Assembly (NCBI GenBank): GCA_041690135.1
Contig: JAWLHY010000001.1
Coordinates: forward strand, 1,280,001 to 1,344,000
Origin: Armatimonadota bacterium
Lineage (GTDB): Bacteria > Armatimonadota > SYMT01
Length of the DNA: 64,000 nucleotides
Reading direction: 5' to 3'
The number at the start of each line of letters is the position of its first letter. Within the stretch, counting starts at the first letter, position 1. A model generated the notes under the pieces. That model was not told the DNA's origin. It made no database searches and worked only from the letters and a program-made list of their open reading frames with translations. Of this stretch, positions 26,519-35,457 are shown piece after piece. Both the position numbers and the translations under genes were made by a program.

Positions 26519-27961
26519 GTGCACTGTAAGCGATTCATCCCCCGACCCCTTACCCGCCGCGAGATGCTGGCGACGGGCGCCAACGGTTTCGGCCTGGTGG
26601 CGCTGATGAGCCTCCTGGCGGAGGAGGCGGAAGCGGCCGCACCCAAAACGGTTCCCACGCGCGACCGGAAACTCAACCCGCTCGCTCCCGCGCCCACCCA
26701 CTACGCGGCTAAAGCGAAGAGCGTGATTTTCCTCTTCATGGACGGCGGACCCTCCCAGGTGGACACCTTCGATCCGAAGCCGCGCCTGATCAAGGAGCAT
26801 GGCCAGCCGATCAAGATGAAGGTGCCGGCTACCCAGTTCGACAACGTGGGGAACGTGCTCAAGTCACCCTGGGAGTTCCGCCAGTACGGGGAGAGCGGAC
26901 TGCCGATCAGCGACCTCTTTCCGCACGTGGCCACGTGCGCCGACGACCTGGCGATCGTCCGCTCGATGACCTCCAACTTCTCGGAGCACACCAACGCCAA
27001 CTATTTCATCCACTCCGGCAGCGGTGTCCAGGGGCGACCCAGCATGGGCGCCTGGGCAACCTATGGCCTCGGCTCGGAATGCCAAAATCTGCCGGGGTTC
27101 CTGGTTCTCAATAGTGGGATGATTCCGCCGGGCGGGTTGGACTGTTTCAACAGCGGATTTCTGCCGGCTACTTATCAGGGCTCGATGTTCCGGAACGGGT
27201 TCGAGCCGGTGGCGGATCTACGCCCCAGCGAGGCGAACCCGGAACTCCAGGAGAACAAGCTGGCCCTGCTGCGGCAGCTCGACCAGGGCGCCGCGCAGCG
27301 GGCCGGGCACGATGACCGCGTGGAGGCGGCCATCCGCAATTACGAGCTCGCCTTCCGAATGCAGACCGCCGTCCCCGACCTGATGGACCTGAAGGGCGAG
27401 TCCGAAGTGACGAAGAAGCTCTACGGTTTGGACGACAAATCCACTCAGACCTTCGGTCAGCAGTGCCTGGTGGCACGGCGTCTGGTGGAGCGCGGCGTGC
27501 GCTTCATCGAGTTGCTTTGCCCGCACGTGGGCCACGACCGCTGGGACCAGCACGGCAACCTGCGCGAGGGGCACGCGACCAACGCCCAGGCCGTTGACAA
27601 GCCGATCGCCGGCCTACTCAAGGATCTGAAAAGTCGTGGGATGCTCGAGAGCACTCTCGTGGTGTGGGCGGGCGAGTTCGGCCGCACCCCCATGGCCCAG
27701 GGCGCCAACGGAAGGGATCACAATCCCTTTGGCTTTTCCATCTGGCTCGCCGGTGGTGGCATTAAGGGCGGAACGGCGTATGGGGAGACGGACGAATACG
27801 GCTACTTCGCCATCCGGGACAAGGTCTCCATCCACGACCTGCACGCGACCATGCTCCACCTGATGGGCATGGACCACAAGCGCCTCACCTATCGCTTCAG
27901 CGGCCGCGACATGCGCCTCACTGACGTACATGGTGAGGTCATCCAGGATATCCTTGCTTGA
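26519..27961 (+). CDS. DUF1501 domain protein (Tat signal)
   Basis: TRREML Tat motif; FLFMDGGPSQVDTFDPKP, ARRLVERGVRF, WDQH, GEFGRTP, GRDH. Confidence 0.93.
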   Translation: MHCKRFIPRPLTRREMLATGANGFGLVALMSLLAEEAEAAAPKTVPTRDRKLNPLAPAPTHYAAKAKSVIFLFMDGGPSQVDTFDPKPRLIKEHGQPIKMKVPATQFDNVGNVLKSPWEFRQYGESGLPISDLFPHVATCADDLAIVRSMTSNFSEHTNANYFIHSGSGVQGRPSMGAWATYGLGSECQNLPGFLVLNSGMIPPGGLDCFNSGFLPATYQGSMFRNGFEPVADLRPSEANPELQENKLALLRQLDQGAAQRAGHDDRVEAAIRNYELAFRMQTAVPDLMDLKGESEVTKKLYGLDDKSTQTFGQQCLVARRLVERGVRFIELLCPHVGHDRWDQHGNLREGHATNAQAVDKPIAGLLKDLKSRGMLESTLVVWAGEFGRTPMAQGANGRDHNPFGFSIWLAGGGIKGGTAYGETDEYGYFAIRDKVSIHDLHATMLHLMGMDHKRLTYRFSGRDMRLTDVHGEVIQDILA

Positions 27962-28297
27962 TCAGTCGCTTTCGGCGCTGACGTGCTCGAACAGCTTGCG
28001 GAACTTCTCGGCCTCGATATCGGTGACGCTGGAAGCCACGAGCTCCAGGCAGTAGAGCCAGAGGATGACCACCGCTTTCTCGGCGGGCAGTTCGAGCGTA
28101 CGGCAGAGAAAGTCGCGGACGATCGCTTCGTAGGAGCCTTCCGGCTCGTTGAGAGTGATCCGGCCCACCGGGTTGTGGCTGCCCTCGACCCGAGGCTGGA
28201 CCGTATCCAGGAACTCGCGCACGTTGGCCGGTGTCATCCGGCTGAGATCGCCGCCGAACTGGTATTTGACTAGCTTCCGGAATTCCTTGAGCGTCAC
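27962..28297 (-). CDS. Hypothetical protein
   Basis: GTG start with GGGAG SD; high GC3 codon pattern (MTLKEFRKLVKYQFGGDL...). Confidence 0.65.
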   Translation of the reverse strand: MTLKEFRKLVKYQFGGDLSRMTPANVREFLDTVQPRVEGSHNPVGRITLNEPEGSYEAIVRDFLCRTLELPAEKAVVILWLYCLELVASSVTDIEAEKFRKLFEHVSAESD

Positions 28298-28437
28298 CGC
28301 GGCATCTCCCCGGGCTGTACGAGATCGCCGCCCCCCGCGACCTCTACGTATTAGACGCAATGAACGGGCCATTGGTTCCGAAGGAACCGGGCCCTTTCCC
28401 GGCGCCCAGGCGACAATTCACCTCATTCACCTCCGGT

Positions 28438-29403
28438 TTACCCGGATTGCGAGGCGAGAAACGCTTGGACGCGCTCGCGGGTAGGTAGGGCCGGGATGGC
28501 GCCTTTCTGCTGGCAGGTGATCGCTCCGATAGCGTTGGCAAAACGACCGATCTGCGCGAGTGCTTCGGCAGTCAGTGCTGTGGGATCGGAACTCTCCAGC
28601 AATCCGGTCAGCAATCCGGCCACGAAGCCGTCTCCCGCCCCGGTCGTGTCCACCGCCTGCACCGCATATCCGGGGACAGAGGCCCGGCTCCCAGCAGTGG
28701 CGAGCAGGCAGCCATGCGATCCCTGCGTCAGCGCCACTAAACGGGGACCTGCTTCGAGGAGCCGATCGAGGTAAGTATCGACCGGCGCGGGACCGAAAAG
28801 GAACTCCGCTTCCTCTTCACTCACTTTGACGAGATCCGACAGGGGGAGCGCCTCCCGGATTTCGCGCCGGGCATGCTCGAGATCAGCCCAAAGCGGTGGG
28901 CGGAGGTTGGGGTCGAAGCTGATGAGGCTGCCGTTTCGGCGGGAACGGTGAAGCGCATCCAGGGTGGCGGCGCGGCTGGGGTCCTGGATCAGCGAGATGG
29001 AGCCGAAGTGGTAGATCCGGCATCCTTCCAGGGCGGCATCCGGAATATCCTTCGGGCGGTGACGCATGTCGGCACTGGGGTTCCGGTAGAACACGAAGTC
29101 CCGCTCCCCATTGGCCTGTAGAGACACGAAAGCGAGGCCCGTACGGGCCTCGCCGTCGAAGGTCACGAACCGCGTGTCAACGCCCGCACCGGAGAGGGTC
29201 TGCTCCAGGAAGTGACCGAAGGGATCATCCCCCACCCTTCCGAGGAACGCCGTGTCTACGCCCAGGCGAGCCAGGCCCACCGCCACGTTCGCAGGCGCTC
29301 CGCCGGGCGCCTTGCGGAAGCCGGGGCACTCAATAAGAGTGACCCCGGCCGTATCCGCCACGAAGTCGACCAGTGCCTCCCCGAGGGTGACGACGGTGGG
29401 CAT
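28438..29403 (-). CDS. PfkB family carbohydrate kinase (fructokinase-like)
   Basis: GEALVDF, GGAPANVA, FDPNLRPPLW, KVSEEE, DTTGAGDGF. Confidence 0.93.
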   Translation of the reverse strand: MPTVVTLGEALVDFVADTAGVTLIECPGFRKAPGGAPANVAVGLARLGVDTAFLGRVGDDPFGHFLEQTLSGAGVDTRFVTFDGEARTGLAFVSLQANGERDFVFYRNPSADMRHRPKDIPDAALEGCRIYHFGSISLIQDPSRAATLDALHRSRRNGSLISFDPNLRPPLWADLEHARREIREALPLSDLVKVSEEEAEFLFGPAPVDTYLDRLLEAGPRLVALTQGSHGCLLATAGSRASVPGYAVQAVDTTGAGDGFVAGLLTGLLESSDPTALTAEALAQIGRFANAIGAITCQQKGAIPALPTRERVQAFLASQSG

Positions 29404-29409
29404 TGCGGC

Positions 29410-30447
29410 TTACTTGTTGATGAGGGAAACGACTTCTTCCCAGTTCTCGATCGGAACGGTCTTCAGTCTCTCCAGGGCAGCCTGCAGCGGCTTGGCCACC
29501 ACCTGGGTGCCCTCCAGCGCGGCCATGTGGCCCCACTGGCCGTCGCGGACCATATCGGCGGCCTTGATGCCGACCCGCGAGCCGAGCACGCGGTCGAACA
29601 GCGTGGGCGAGCCGCCTCGCTGCACGTGCCCGAGGGTCACCGAACGGGTTTCGATACCCAGGCCCTTCTCGATCTCACTGGCCAGGTACTCACCCACTTC
29701 CCGGTGGGACAGGATGGCGTGGCCAAAGTCGTCCAGCTTCATGTCGCCCGTGTCGGCGGCCGGAAGCTCGGTGCCCTCAGACGCGACGATGAGACCGTAG
29801 GTCTTACCGCGAGCCCGCTTGCGCTTGAGGGCGGCCAGCATGGCCTCCATGTCCAGTTCCACCTCGGGCAGAGTGATCCAGTCCGCGCCGGCGGCGATGC
29901 CCACGTGCAGCGCCACCCAGCCCGCGTGCCGGCCCATCACTTCCAGCACCAGGATGCGGCGGTGGCTCTTGGCGGTGTCCATGAGCCGGTCGGCCGCGTC
30001 GAGCGCCACACCCGCGGCGCTGTCGAAGCCGAAGGTGTAGTCGGTGGCGTTCAGGTCGTTGTCCATCGTCTTCGGGACCCCGACCACGTGGAGGCCGTAG
30101 TGCGTGTGGAACTTGTGCGCCACGCCCAGCGTGTCTTCCCCGCCCAGGGCAATCAGGGCGTCCAGCTCCAGCCGCTTCCAGGTCTCCAGGCACTGCTGGA
30201 GGGAATCCTCGGCTCCTTTGCGGAACGGGTTGGTCCGCGAGGAGCCGAGCATCGTGCCGCCTTCGCGGATGATCGTCTCGACCCGCTCCAGCGTCAGTTC
30301 GGTGGTGATTCCCTCCACGAGGCCCTTCCACCCCAGTTCCAGTCCGACGAATTCGAAGCCGTGGTCGAGCCCTCGCATGAAGGCTCCGCGGATCGCCGGG
30401 TTCAATCCGGGGCAGTCGCCCCCGCCGGTCAGGATCCCAACGCGCAT
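29410..30447 (-). CDS. pfkA: 6-phosphofructokinase (group III / mixed-substrate PfkA family)
   Basis: TGGGDCPGLN, GGEDT, PKTMDND, EVMGRHAGW, LGHVQRGG. Confidence 0.92.
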   Translation of the reverse strand: MRVGILTGGGDCPGLNPAIRGAFMRGLDHGFEFVGLELGWKGLVEGITTELTLERVETIIREGGTMLGSSRTNPFRKGAEDSLQQCLETWKRLELDALIALGGEDTLGVAHKFHTHYGLHVVGVPKTMDNDLNATDYTFGFDSAAGVALDAADRLMDTAKSHRRILVLEVMGRHAGWVALHVGIAAGADWITLPEVELDMEAMLAALKRKRARGKTYGLIVASEGTELPAADTGDMKLDDFGHAILSHREVGEYLASEIEKGLGIETRSVTLGHVQRGGSPTLFDRVLGSRVGIKAADMVRDGQWGHMAALEGTQVVAKPLQAALERLKTVPIENWEEVVSLINK

Positions 30448-30515
30448 GTGTGTCTCCTGTACTCCTAAAACTCCACAAGGATCCCGCAGCGCGTGAGGGC
30501 CGGCGGGGTCACTTG

Positions 30516-31070
30516 CTACACATCCAGTTCGAGCAGGCCGTATCCTTCGTTACGTCGATGATAAAGGATACTGACCCGGTCCGTCTCGGCGTTGATGAAC
30601 GCAAAGAAGTCGTGGTTCAAAAGCTCCATCTGCAGCGAAGCTTCCTCCACGGACATGGGTTTTATCGCAAAGCGCTTCCGCCTGACCACGCCGGGACCCG
30701 TCTCGGCGGCTCCGGCTTCTTCTTCCGGTAGCTCCGCCAGCTGCGCCATGGCGGCGGCCACGGTCGGCGCGTCCGCCCGGCCCTTGTGGGACATCACCTT
30801 GCCCTTGAATCGCCGGACCTGCTGCTCCAGTTTTTCCGTCACGCCGTCGAACGCCGCCATCACGTCACTGGCGCGCTCTTCCGCCCGGAGCAAAACGCCG
30901 TCCAGGTCCAGTTGGACTTCCACGATCTGCCAGTTGCGCTGCACGCTGTGCGTGACATGCGCTTCCCGCGCCGTCCGGAAGTAGCGAGCCAGCCGCTGCA
31001 GCTTCTTCTCGGCATACTCGCGCTCGCGGTCGGTGATGTGGACGGACTTTCCGTTAAACGTTACTCGCAT
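30516..31070 (-). CDS. hpf: Ribosome hibernation promoting factor (long form)
   Basis: RaiA-like N domain plus C-terminal KPMSVEEASLQMELLNHDFFAF...YGLLE. Confidence 0.93.
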   Translation of the reverse strand: MRVTFNGKSVHITDREREYAEKKLQRLARYFRTAREAHVTHSVQRNWQIVEVQLDLDGVLLRAEERASDVMAAFDGVTEKLEQQVRRFKGKVMSHKGRADAPTVAAAMAQLAELPEEEAGAAETGPGVVRRKRFAIKPMSVEEASLQMELLNHDFFAFINAETDRVSILYHRRNEGYGLLELDV

Positions 31071-31366
31071 GGGACATCCCTCTGTCTGCCTGTTGTGAAG
31101 TTGTCGCTCCGTAGAGCAGTCTCATCATACCCCGTTGCGCCAAAACCGCTGCCGGTCGCCGCGCAATTTGCTGAGAAGTCGGGCACGACCGTGCTTATCC
31201 GAACATTATACAGGCTCACCTGCTATCAGAGTCCACGGTCGCCCAGGCCTACCACAGGATCGGCCACAATCCAGCGCGAGATCACGCGGGCCGGAGGGAC
31301 CGGGTGCATTGATGCCGAACCATCCGTTACTGTCAACGCTCATCTCAGGACGTAGAGGGCTTCACA

Positions 31367-32752
31367 TTGTCTGAACAGAAGGCCAAGGCCGCCAATCCGT
31401 ACGCTCGGCCCGCCGAAGCCGTCCAAGAGCCTCCGCGTGGCTTCGCCGGCACACTCCGGTTCCTCGGCCCCAGCTTCATCCTCATCGGCAGCATCGTCGG
31501 TTCCGGGGAATTGATCCTCACCACCACGTTTGGGGCGACGGTGGGGTTCTCTGCGCTCTGGTTCATTATCCTGGCCTGTATCAGTAAAACCATCGTCCAG
31601 TCGGAGCTCGGACGCTACACCATCTCCTCCGGCGATACCTGTCTCGAAGCATTCAACCGCTTGCCGGGGCCTCGCTACCGGGTCTCCTGGTTCATCTGGA
31701 TGTATATCCTCTGGCAGGTTCCGGGTCTCATCAACGGTGGCGCGATCCTGGGGAGTACGGGGCAGGTACTGTCGGTGGCGTTCCCCATCTTCGGCCAGCA
31801 GGTCTGGGCGCTGATTATCGCAGTCTTTAACGTGAGCATCCTGCTCTGGGGGCGTTACCGCTTCCTTGAGCGCACTTCGGTGACCATGGTCATGACCTTC
31901 AGCGTCATCACCGTGGCCGGGGCGATAGCCCTCCAGTTCACCGAGAACGCCGTACCATTGCCGATGGTCCTCGATGGGCTGCGGATGCAGCTTGCACCGA
32001 TCATGGCTCCCGCCGCCATTGCGATGACCGTTTCCGCCTTCGCCGGCACGGGGGTCGGAGGCGGCGAGTTGATGAGCTACACCTATTGGTGTGTGGAGAA
32101 GGGCTACGCCCGCTACGCCGGCGAGTCGGACGGTAGTGACGCCTGGGTGAAGCGGGCGCGCGGCTGGATACGCGTGATGCAGATTGATGTGTGGATGGCC
32201 ACTGCGGTTTTCACCGCGGGTACGCTGGCCTTTTTCTGGTTGGGCGCGGGAATTCTGCATCCCCAGGGGAAGGTACCCAGCAATAACGAGCTGATCTCCA
32301 CCATTCAGCAGATCTACATCCAGTCGCTGGGTCCCTGGGCTTCCGGGCTGTTCCTGCTCGGCAGCTTCTTTGTTCTGTATTCTACGATTTTCTCCGGCAC
32401 CGCGGGCACCAGCCGCATGTATGCCGATGTGCTGGGTGTGCTGAAGATCGTGGACTTTAGCGACTTCCAGGCGCGAATGAAGTGGATCCGGATCTTTACC
32501 GTGGCCGTGCCGACCATCCAGACGATCGTCTTTGCACTCAAGGCGGAACCGAAAACGATGCTGGTATTCAGCGCGATCGCTAACGGAATGTTGGTTCCGG
32601 TAATCGCCTTCAGCACGATCTGGCTACGTTATCGCCTCACGGATAAGCGCATCCGGCCGTCCCTGTTTAGCGATATCCTGCTCTGGATCTGTGCGTTCAT
32701 CATCCTCGCCGTATCCGCGGTGTTTCTGAAACAGAAGGTCTTCGGAGGTTAG
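31367..32752 (+). CDS. Nramp-superfamily (APC-fold) membrane transporter
   Basis: LGPSFILIGSIVGSGELI, YTYWCVEKGY; about 11 TM; TTG start. Confidence 0.8.
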   Translation: MSEQKAKAANPYARPAEAVQEPPRGFAGTLRFLGPSFILIGSIVGSGELILTTTFGATVGFSALWFIILACISKTIVQSELGRYTISSGDTCLEAFNRLPGPRYRVSWFIWMYILWQVPGLINGGAILGSTGQVLSVAFPIFGQQVWALIIAVFNVSILLWGRYRFLERTSVTMVMTFSVITVAGAIALQFTENAVPLPMVLDGLRMQLAPIMAPAAIAMTVSAFAGTGVGGGELMSYTYWCVEKGYARYAGESDGSDAWVKRARGWIRVMQIDVWMATAVFTAGTLAFFWLGAGILHPQGKVPSNNELISTIQQIYIQSLGPWASGLFLLGSFFVLYSTIFSGTAGTSRMYADVLGVLKIVDFSDFQARMKWIRIFTVAVPTIQTIVFALKAEPKTMLVFSAIANGMLVPVIAFSTIWLRYRLTDKRIRPSLFSDILLWICAFIILAVSAVFLKQKVFGG

Positions 32753-32758
32753 TCACCT

Positions 32759-33748
32759 GTGAGGTTCATCGTTTACGGCGCTGGCGGAATCGGTGCCGCT
32801 ATGGGCGCCTTCCTGCACGAAAGTGGACAGGAGTCTGTGCTCATCGCGCGCGGAGAGCACCTCCGCCGTATTCAGGCGGAAGGCCTCACCCTCATCACGG
32901 GTGAGGGGCGGAGCGTGGTGCGCGTCCCGGCCGTGGGACATCCCGGCGAGCTGGAGCCGCGGCCGGACGATGTGGTGCTGCTCACGATGAAAGCGCAGGA
33001 CACGGAACTGGCGCTCCGGGACCTCCGCGATACCGTGGGCGACCCGTGGAACACGCCGGTCTTCTGTGTCCAGAACTGCCTCGCCAACGAACGGATGGCG
33101 GCACGCTACTTCGCCCACGTGTACGGCGTGATGATCGTGATTCCCGGTGTCTACCTGGAGCCGGGAGTTGTCTTCAACCCCATCGCGGGGAATCACGGCT
33201 ACATGGACGTGGGCTGCTATCCAAGTGGTATCGACTCGAGGGTGGAAATGTTCGTAGAGGCCGTCCGGCGGGCCGGGTACGCCGCCAACCCCCACCCCGA
33301 CGTGTTGGGTCCCAAGGCCGCGAAGTTCCTGGGCAACCTGGAGAACGCCATGGGCGCCATCACGGACGGCCGGGGGGATTCGGGCCCCTACATGGCGGAG
33401 GCCCGGCGGGAAGCGATCGAGTGCCTCCGCGCGGCCGGTCACCCCCTGGAAGACCACGAGTCGTACGCCGCTCGCCGCAAGGCCCACCGGGGCACCGACG
33501 TGGAGCTACCCGAAACGCGCGGCAACCGTGGGTCGAGCTGGCAGAGCCTCAAACGCGGCCAGGGAACCATCGAGGTGGATTTCCTCAATGGTGAGGTGGT
33601 GCTCCTCGGCCGTCTCCACGGCATTCCCACCCCCTTCAACGCCGTCCTCCAGCGCGTCGCCAACTCCATGGCCCGCAACCGCCAGCAGCCCGGCCTCTAC
33701 GCCGCCGAAGACCTCTGGCAAATGGCAACCGCCCAGGGAACCGCCTGA
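32759..33748 (+). CDS. Ketopantoate reductase family (ApbA/PanE) protein
   Basis: GAGGIG, ARGEHL, LTMKAQD, SSWQSL, EVDFLNGEVV...PTPFN. Confidence 0.88.
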   Translation: MRFIVYGAGGIGAAMGAFLHESGQESVLIARGEHLRRIQAEGLTLITGEGRSVVRVPAVGHPGELEPRPDDVVLLTMKAQDTELALRDLRDTVGDPWNTPVFCVQNCLANERMAARYFAHVYGVMIVIPGVYLEPGVVFNPIAGNHGYMDVGCYPSGIDSRVEMFVEAVRRAGYAANPHPDVLGPKAAKFLGNLENAMGAITDGRGDSGPYMAEARREAIECLRAAGHPLEDHESYAARRKAHRGTDVELPETRGNRGSSWQSLKRGQGTIEVDFLNGEVVLLGRLHGIPTPFNAVLQRVANSMARNRQQPGLYAAEDLWQMATAQGTA

Positions 33749-33990
33749 TCCGCGAATATCGCGAATGAAGCGAATGGGAAGGGGTGGTTAGGTGTTCGGG
33801 CACCCCTGTGGGGCGTAAATGTTCGGGTGTTCGGGTGTTCAGGCTGTCAGGCAACGAAAACGGTAGTCATGGCGAGGAGCGATAGACCCGCAGCAACTTC
33901 CTCGTGCCTGATGAGTCTACCGCCGAAGCAACAGGCTTCCTGAACCATTACCCGTAAGCGACCCTATGCTCTGCCGGGCAGGCGTGGCCA

Positions 33991-34213
33991 GCCCCCTGGT
34001 CAGGGCACCCGTCATTGTTCGGAACTCTTTATCCTTATCCACCCCGCCCTCTGGTCAGGGCAGTCGTCCTTACCCGGGATCCTAATCCAAATCCTCGTCC
34101 TAATCCACCCCGCCCCCTGGTCAGGGCACCCGTCATTACTCGGGACTCTTTATCCTTATCTACTCGATTCTTATCCACTCGATCCTCATCCACCCCACCC
34201 CCTGGTCAGGGCA
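33991..34213 (+). repeat. Four direct copies of (ATCCACCCC)GCCCCCTGGTCAGGGCA with related low-complexity spacers
   Basis: Copies at 33991-34007 (partial), 34037-34062, 34103-34128, 34188-34213; palindromic core CCCTGGTCAGGG. Confidence 0.85.
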
Positions 34214-34242
34214 ATTACTCTCGACTGGTAAGACAAAACGAA

Positions 34243-34277
34243 ACGGTCCGCCACAGCACCAAGCTGCAGCGGACCGT
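34243..34277 (-). terminator. Probable intrinsic terminator downstream of cysC
   Basis: ACGGTCCGC/GCGGACCGT stem followed by TTCGTTTT on the minus strand. Confidence 0.55.
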
Positions 34278-34375
34278 ACGTATTCTGGGTTGCAGACCAG
34301 GCATTCAGGACTTCCAGGCGAGCGTTTTCAGATCATAGCGCCTGAACACCTGAACACCCGACTACCTGAACACCC

Positions 34376-34984
34376 TTATCCCAGGTACCCCTTCTCTTCC
34401 AGGTACGCAATGATCACCGCCAGCGACTCTTCGACCGTCTGGGTCTCGGTGTTCACTACCACTTCCGGGTTCTCGGGGGCTTCGTAGGGGGCGGAGATGC
34501 CGGTGAACTCCTTGATCTGGCCGGCGCGCGCCTTGGCGTACAGGCCCTTCGTGTCACGCTTCTCGCACTCATCCACGGAAGCCTGCACGTAGACCTCGAT
34601 GAAATCCCCTTCCTTCTGGCTGGCGCGGGCGCGGTCTCGGTCCTCGCGGTAAGGGGAGATGAAGGCGGTGGTGTTGATGATGCCGGCGTCCGTGAACAGG
34701 CGGGCCACCTCGCCGATGCGGCGGATGTTCTCGGTGCGGTCCTCCGGCGAGAAACCGAGGTCCTTGTTGAGGCCGTGGCGGATGTTGTCGCCGTCCAGCA
34801 CGTACGAGCGGACCCCGCGCTGCCACAGGGCGTCATCAAGGGCGTTGGCGAGGGTCGACTTACCGGAGCCGGAGAGTCCGGTCATCCAGACGGTGCACCC
34901 GCGGTGCCCAAACTTCTTCTCGCGCTCATCGCGGCTCACCGTGTGGGCGTGCCACACGATGTTGGTCGACTTGGTTTCAGACAT
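34376..34984 (-). CDS. cysC: Adenylyl-sulfate kinase
   Basis: [56 protein letters not shown]; ATG 34984. Confidence 0.96.
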   Translation of the reverse strand: MSETKSTNIVWHAHTVSRDEREKKFGHRGCTVWMTGLSGSGKSTLANALDDALWQRGVRSYVLDGDNIRHGLNKDLGFSPEDRTENIRRIGEVARLFTDAGIINTTAFISPYREDRDRARASQKEGDFIEVYVQASVDECEKRDTKGLYAKARAGQIKEFTGISAPYEAPENPEVVVNTETQTVEESLAVIIAYLEEKGYLG

Positions 34985-35202
34985 TCTTCCGTGTTCCTTC
35001 CTGGTGGGAGACAACCCACCCACCTCCGGCTTCGCCAGGCGGGGAGCCCACGCGGCGGCAAGGGCGGGTGGTGAATTGAAAGCGGGTGGTGGAAACTGCA
35101 AATCGGAGGGGCGCCATGCACCCCAGGGGACGCCGTCCGGGTTTGGTGATCCGGCGCCCTGAAAGTATATCCCACCCTGTCCGGCGACAAGGTTGGGCAG
35201 TT

Positions 35203-35253
35203 CCTACTCCTAACTCTTACTCCTACTCTTACTTCTACTCTTACTCCTACTCC
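35203..35253 (+). repeat. Hexamer tandem repeat (TACTCY)n
   Basis: cctactcctaactcttactcctactcttacttctactcttactcctactcc. Confidence 0.85.
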
Positions 35254-35457
35254 CACCACTGGGCTAGGAACCGCATACGGTCCTTCCGCCGTGTAACTAT
35301 AAGAGCTGGCTCTCTCTGATTGGTTCTTTCTGGCTCTCCTGTCGGCCTGGTGGTTAATTCGGGTTTCGGATCTGCTGCGCTGTGTCTAGCGGTGCCCATC
35401 GGCCGATAGACTAAGAAGAAGAGGCCGGGAGAGATCCATCCGCCGCCACGTTTCATC

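Larger units (their letters stand above)
33823..34361. repeat. ~540-bp intergenic segment bounded by 22-bp inverted repeats made of (GGGTGTTC)-type octamers
   Basis: 33823-33844 TCGGGTGTTCGGGTGTTCAGGC vs 34340-34361 GCCTGAACACCTGAACACCCGA (1 mismatch). Confidence 0.75.

Noticed and set aside
33905-33930. Hammerhead ribozyme core (CTGATGAG)
   Set aside because: No correctly placed stem II-GAAA and cleavage triplet; the motif is part of a larger hairpin
33991-34213. CRISPR array
   Set aside because: Spacers vary from 29 to 59 nt, are low-complexity and resemble each other; no cas genes or leader in the window
34990-35200. SAM riboswitch upstream of cysC
   Set aside because: No SAM-I/II/IV consensus visible; only GC-rich hairpins
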